DNA of 64,000 nucleotides from an uncultured bacterium (GTDB lineage: Bacteria > GCA-001730085): contig CAZMGY010000021.1 of NCBI GenBank assembly GCA_964565945.1, positions 44,300 to 108,299 on the forward strand, written 5' to 3'. The position numbers and the translations under genes were made by a program. Positions 60,447 through 64,000 of this stretch are shown here, one piece after another (positions within the stretch are counted from its first letter, which is position 1; each line of letters starts with the position of its first letter). The notes under the pieces were generated by a model. The model was not told the origin of the DNA, ran no database searches, and saw only the letters and a program-made list of their open reading frames with translations.

Positions 60447-61225
60447 CGAGTGTATCCTCTTTGTGAACGCCCCTCCCCTAAAAAGTCTAGAATAACCTGA
60501 ATTACAGGCCCTGAAGCATATTTTTGATGTATTTTAGATATGGCATCTGCTACGGTTAACGTACTACGAAAAATCCATTTATGCGCCTGCTTGATAGCCA
60601 TAATATCATCTTCACTAAACCCACGTCTTTTCAAACCCACAATATTAACACTGCTCATTTTGGAAGGGTTCCCCCCCACAAGCCCATAAGGAACAACATC
60701 CTGCAGAATAGGGCTCATTCCTCCAATCATGGCATGAGCGCCAATCCGAACAAACTGATGAATTCCTGAAAGCCCACCAATCATGGCATAATCATCAACA
60801 GTCACATAGCCCCCCAGAGTTGCGAGATTAGCCAAAGTCACATTATTTTTAATCTTACAATTATGTGCCACATGAGAAAAGGCCATCAGAAAACAATCCC
60901 TCCCCACCGAAGTAACCTCTCCCTCAGAAGCTCCAGGATTAATCGTTACACTCTCACGAACGGTGGTGCGCTCACCAATAGTTAAATAACTTTCACATGG
61001 CTTATATCTTAAATCTTGCGGTGCCGAACCAATGCTGGCATGCGGATAAATAAGACTCTCTTTGCCAATGGTCGTATAGCCCTCCACCACAACGTGACTC
61101 ATAATCTTAGCCCTTGCATGGATTTTGACATGAGGACCAATGACAGCATAGGAACCAACAGTCACATCACTATCAAGCTGAGCTTGCGGATCAATAATAG
61201 CTGTGGGGTGAATTTGCGACGGCAT
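60443..61225 (-). CDS. lpxA: acyl-ACP:UDP-N-acetylglucosamine O-acyltransferase
   Basis: 260 aa; hexapeptide-repeat left-handed beta-helix; 'IHPTAIIDPQAQL' start typical of LpxA. Confidence 0.9.
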   Translation of the reverse strand: MPSQIHPTAIIDPQAQLDSDVTVGSYAVIGPHVKIHARAKIMSHVVVEGYTTIGKESLIYPHASIGSAPQDLRYKPCESYLTIGERTTVRESVTINPGASEGEVTSVGRDCFLMAFSHVAHNCKIKNNVTLANLATLGGYVTVDDYAMIGGLSGIHQFVRIGAHAMIGGMSPILQDVVPYGLVGGNPSKMSSVNIVGLKRRGFSEDDIMAIKQAHKWIFRSTLTVADAISKIHQKYASGPVIQVILDFLGEGRSQRGYTR

Positions 61226-62556
61226 TATTGAATCTCGTCAACAAATGCAAACTTAAACTGTCCTTCTGCAACTACTTCATCATTCACAAAGGCCTGCCCT
61301 TCGATAGCTTTTATCTTGTTGCGCATCCGAACTATCTCTACTTTAAGAAGTAAGGTATCTCCAGGGCGAACCGGGCGACGAAATTTAACCTGATCCAAAC
61401 TCATGAAATAAGCTATTTTCCCATCATTCCCACTTTTCTCTGTCATCAAACAAGCTGCCGTCTGGGCCAAAGCTTCTAAAATAAGAACGCCCGGCATAAC
61501 AGGGTGTCCTGGGAAGTGTCCTTGAAAAAAGGACTCATTAATCGACACATTTTTTAAACCCGTCGCTTTCGTGTGGCCATCAGTTTCAATAATGCGATCA
61601 ATCAATAAAAAAGGATATCGATGAGGAATAATTTTTTTAATTTGGTTAATATCTAAAGGCTCCCCAGACTTAATTAAGCTCTCTTCTCCACTCGTACCTT
61701 CTCCTGTCTGAGTTATTTTGTGCTTCTTTAAAGCTTTGACTAATTCTACATTCAAGCTGTGCCCCGACTTATGTGCAATCACATGAGCCTTAACTCTTTG
61801 CCCTAGCAAAGTCAGGTCTCCTATTATATCTAAAATTTTGTGCCGCACAAACTCATCCTCGAAACGAATACTTTCGTTAAGCACTCCCGTCTCGGTCACA
61901 ACCACCGCATTATCTAAACTACCACCTTTAATTAAGTCGGCTTTACGCAAAAAATCAATCTCAAAGTCAAAACAAAAGGTCCGTGCCGAAGAAATCTCTT
62001 CCAAAAAGCTTTCTTCCGAATAATTATACGATTTGGCCTGTTGTGCCAAATAGGAATGGTCATACTCGATGGTGAAAGAAATTCGAAGCCCATCATAAGG
62101 CAAAGCCACCATAAACATATCCTTCGTCTCGATCGTCACAGGCTCCTTCAAGTTCAAATAAGACCTTGGCTTGGTTTGTTCAACAAGTCCCACTTCGAGA
62201 AAGGCTCGACAAAAGTCTACGCTGCTACCATCTAAAGCAGGAATCTCATCACTAGTTAATTCTAAAATAGCATTATCCATCCCAATCCCAGTTAAAGCCG
62301 ACATCAAGTGCTCTATCGTATGAACCACTGCACCATCCTTGGCAACCGTTGTTCCTCGGGATGTATTAACAACATAATCAACTTCCACAGGAATTTCGGG
62401 GCAACCATCCAAGTCCGTGCGAACAAAAACAAAGCCCTTATCTTCAGGAGCAGGCTTTACCACTAAAGACACTTCGTGTCCCGTATGCAAACCTATTCCC
62501 TTAAACAAAACACACGAAGCAAGGGTGTGCTGCATTGGTGTATTAGTGAGAGTCAC
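61225..62556 (-). CDS. lpxC/fabZ: bifunctional UDP-3-O-acyl-GlcNAc deacetylase / 3-hydroxyacyl-ACP dehydratase (LpxC-FabZ fusion)
   Basis: 443 aa; N-terminal '[16 protein letters not shown]...[11 protein letters not shown]' (LpxC) and C-terminal '[11 protein letters not shown]...[23 protein letters not shown]' (FabZ hotdog). Confidence 0.9.
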   Translation of the reverse strand: MTLTNTPMQHTLASCVLFKGIGLHTGHEVSLVVKPAPEDKGFVFVRTDLDGCPEIPVEVDYVVNTSRGTTVAKDGAVVHTIEHLMSALTGIGMDNAILELTSDEIPALDGSSVDFCRAFLEVGLVEQTKPRSYLNLKEPVTIETKDMFMVALPYDGLRISFTIEYDHSYLAQQAKSYNYSEESFLEEISSARTFCFDFEIDFLRKADLIKGGSLDNAVVVTETGVLNESIRFEDEFVRHKILDIIGDLTLLGQRVKAHVIAHKSGHSLNVELVKALKKHKITQTGEGTSGEESLIKSGEPLDINQIKKIIPHRYPFLLIDRIIETDGHTKATGLKNVSINESFFQGHFPGHPVMPGVLILEALAQTAACLMTEKSGNDGKIAYFMSLDQVKFRRPVRPGDTLLLKVEIVRMRNKIKAIEGQAFVNDEVVAEGQFKFAFVDEIQ

Positions 62557-63607
62557 GCAACTTCTCCTCTAGTTGCTCAATTTGTAATTGCAAGGCCTTT
62601 AACGTTTGGTACATTTCTGGAAGTTTACTTCTTAAGACCATTCTCTTTTTTTCCTCATTATGCTTAATCGCGGGAAACCCGAAATAATGGCCTTTGCTTT
62701 TAAGCGTCTTTGTTACACAGCTCCTAGCCGCCAAGGTAATATGTGAAGCAACCTTCAAATGACCGAGCACAAGCGATCTTGCAGCCATAGTCACATAATT
62801 TCCTATCGACACGCTCCCGGCAATCCCCGACTGCGCCACAATAATACAACCCCAACCAATTTTAACATTGTGAGCAATTTGAACCTGATTATCAATTTTG
62901 GTTCCTACTCCAACCACCGTCGCATCAAAACGGGCCCGATCAATGGTCACATTGGCACCTATTTCAACATCATCTTCAATACGCACAATGCCCAACTGAG
63001 GGATCTTAACAACCTGCTTCTGTATCGTCACGTATCCAAAACCATCACTGCCAAGCACAGACCCACTGTGAATAATAACACGATCACCTAGCCAAGATCC
63101 TTCTCGAATAACAACCGAAGGATAAATATAACAGTCAACTCCCAGTCTTGAACGTGCACCCACAAAAGAACCCGCTTCTATAACAGTCCCCGCACCAACC
63201 TCAACCCCAGCTTCAATAACAACGTAAGGTCCAATGCTCACGTCCTTAGCCACAACGGCAGATGCATCAATTTCAGCCTTATCCGAAATTCCAGTCGGCA
63301 ATGACCGCAAAGGTTCTAAATATTTTTCCGCGATTTTGGCAAACGACCAGGAAGCATTTTGGGTCACAATGCAGGTCTTGCCTTCAAGGAGACTTTCGCT
63401 CTCAACAACAAACACCGACGCTTGACTTTGTTGGGCAAAAAAGCGATACCTCTGATCCGAAAAAAAAGTAATATCTCCTGGTTGTGCATCTTCAATTCTG
63501 CCTAAACGCTGGACAACCAAATTGGCATCACCCACAACCCGACCATTGACCCATGCGGCCAAATCCGCAACTGTCGGACATGGGGATACAAAAGACTTAG
63601 ACTCCAT
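62543..63607 (-). CDS. lpxD: UDP-3-O-acylglucosamine N-acyltransferase
   Basis: N-terminal '[14 protein letters not shown]' region and long hexapeptide-repeat beta-helix; position between skp and lpxC. Confidence 0.85.
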   Translation of the reverse strand: MESKSFVSPCPTVADLAAWVNGRVVGDANLVVQRLGRIEDAQPGDITFFSDQRYRFFAQQSQASVFVVESESLLEGKTCIVTQNASWSFAKIAEKYLEPLRSLPTGISDKAEIDASAVVAKDVSIGPYVVIEAGVEVGAGTVIEAGSFVGARSRLGVDCYIYPSVVIREGSWLGDRVIIHSGSVLGSDGFGYVTIQKQVVKIPQLGIVRIEDDVEIGANVTIDRARFDATVVGVGTKIDNQVQIAHNVKIGWGCIIVAQSGIAGSVSIGNYVTMAARSLVLGHLKVASHITLAARSCVTKTLKSKGHYFGFPAIKHNEEKKRMVLRSKLPEMYQTLKALQLQIEQLEEKLRDSH

Positions 63608-64000
63608 AAGATGACGCCAGCTCTTGCAACACTTCATCGGTTATATCTAGTCCTTTTTTCGAAAACAAAACAAAGGCTTCACTATTGTTTAAAATTAGGT
63701 CATAACCTTTATTATCGCCCACAGAGGTGACGACTTTTTTAACATCATTAATCACTTTTTCTCTTAGACGCATATCTAAGGTTTTAAGCTCTTTATTAAT
63801 ATTAATGACGTATTCTTGAAGCTTTTTGATTTTGGTATCAATCTCTTCGCTTTTCTTCTCTTTTTCGGAGTCACTCAAAATTACCGATTTGTTTTCGTAA
63901 TCTTCGCGCAACTTAGCCACTTCTTGCTTTTGAGCATCAATTTCGGCTTGATGTTCCGACGTCTCCTTTTTGAGCTGTTCAACCACATCTCTCATTCCTT
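63597..64000 (-). CDS. skp: OmpH/Skp-family periplasmic chaperone (5' end beyond window)
   Basis: Coiled-coil K/E-rich sequence upstream of lpxD in the conserved skp-lpxD arrangement; the ORF runs off the window edge. Confidence 0.55.
   Translation of the reverse strand, partial: GMRDVVEQLKKETSEHQAEIDAQKQEVAKLREDYENKSVILSDSEKEKKSEEIDTKIKKLQEYVININKELKTLDMRLREKVINDVKKVVTSVGDNKGYDLILNNSEAFVLFSKKGLDITDEVLQELASSYGV

Overview
The window is a diderm-bacterial chromosomal segment: eno–ftsB and an initiator tRNA-Met on the left, a lipid A / LPS-core cluster on the right, and a ~32.8 kb genomic island integrated at the tRNA 3' end in between. The island (about 3323–36161) is bounded by the tRNA and a ~42-bp direct repeat of the tRNA 3' end just upstream of tgt. 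It carries mobility genes (large serine recombinase, tyrosine integrase, TraG/VirD4-type coupling protein, MobC plus relaxase) and a dense defense/anti-defense cluster. That cluster is a translationally coupled type I R-M operon (half-hsdS, hsdM, hsdS, an embedded DUF4917/SIR2-like gene, hsdR, M48/DUF45 peptidase), followed by an unrecognised 1750-aa P-loop NTPase, two small genes, ArdA anti-restriction, a SEC-C protein and an AbiEi/AbiEii pair. The 1750-aa NTPase is the best candidate for an undescribed system. Several mobility and toxin genes look inactivated (in-frame stop in the serine recombinase, split relaxase, frameshifted AbiEii tail), which suggests a decaying, fixed element. The right flank is backbone: tgt, a second serine-recombinase relic, an antiporter-like protein, CutA, glycosyltransferases, heptosyltransferase, waaA, an outer-membrane protein, msbA, and lpxB–lpxI–lpxA–lpxC/fabZ–lpxD–skp. 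No rRNA or CRISPR array was seen. All calls rest on reading the ORF translations and DNA by eye; no database search was run, and lineage cannot be assigned from this alone.
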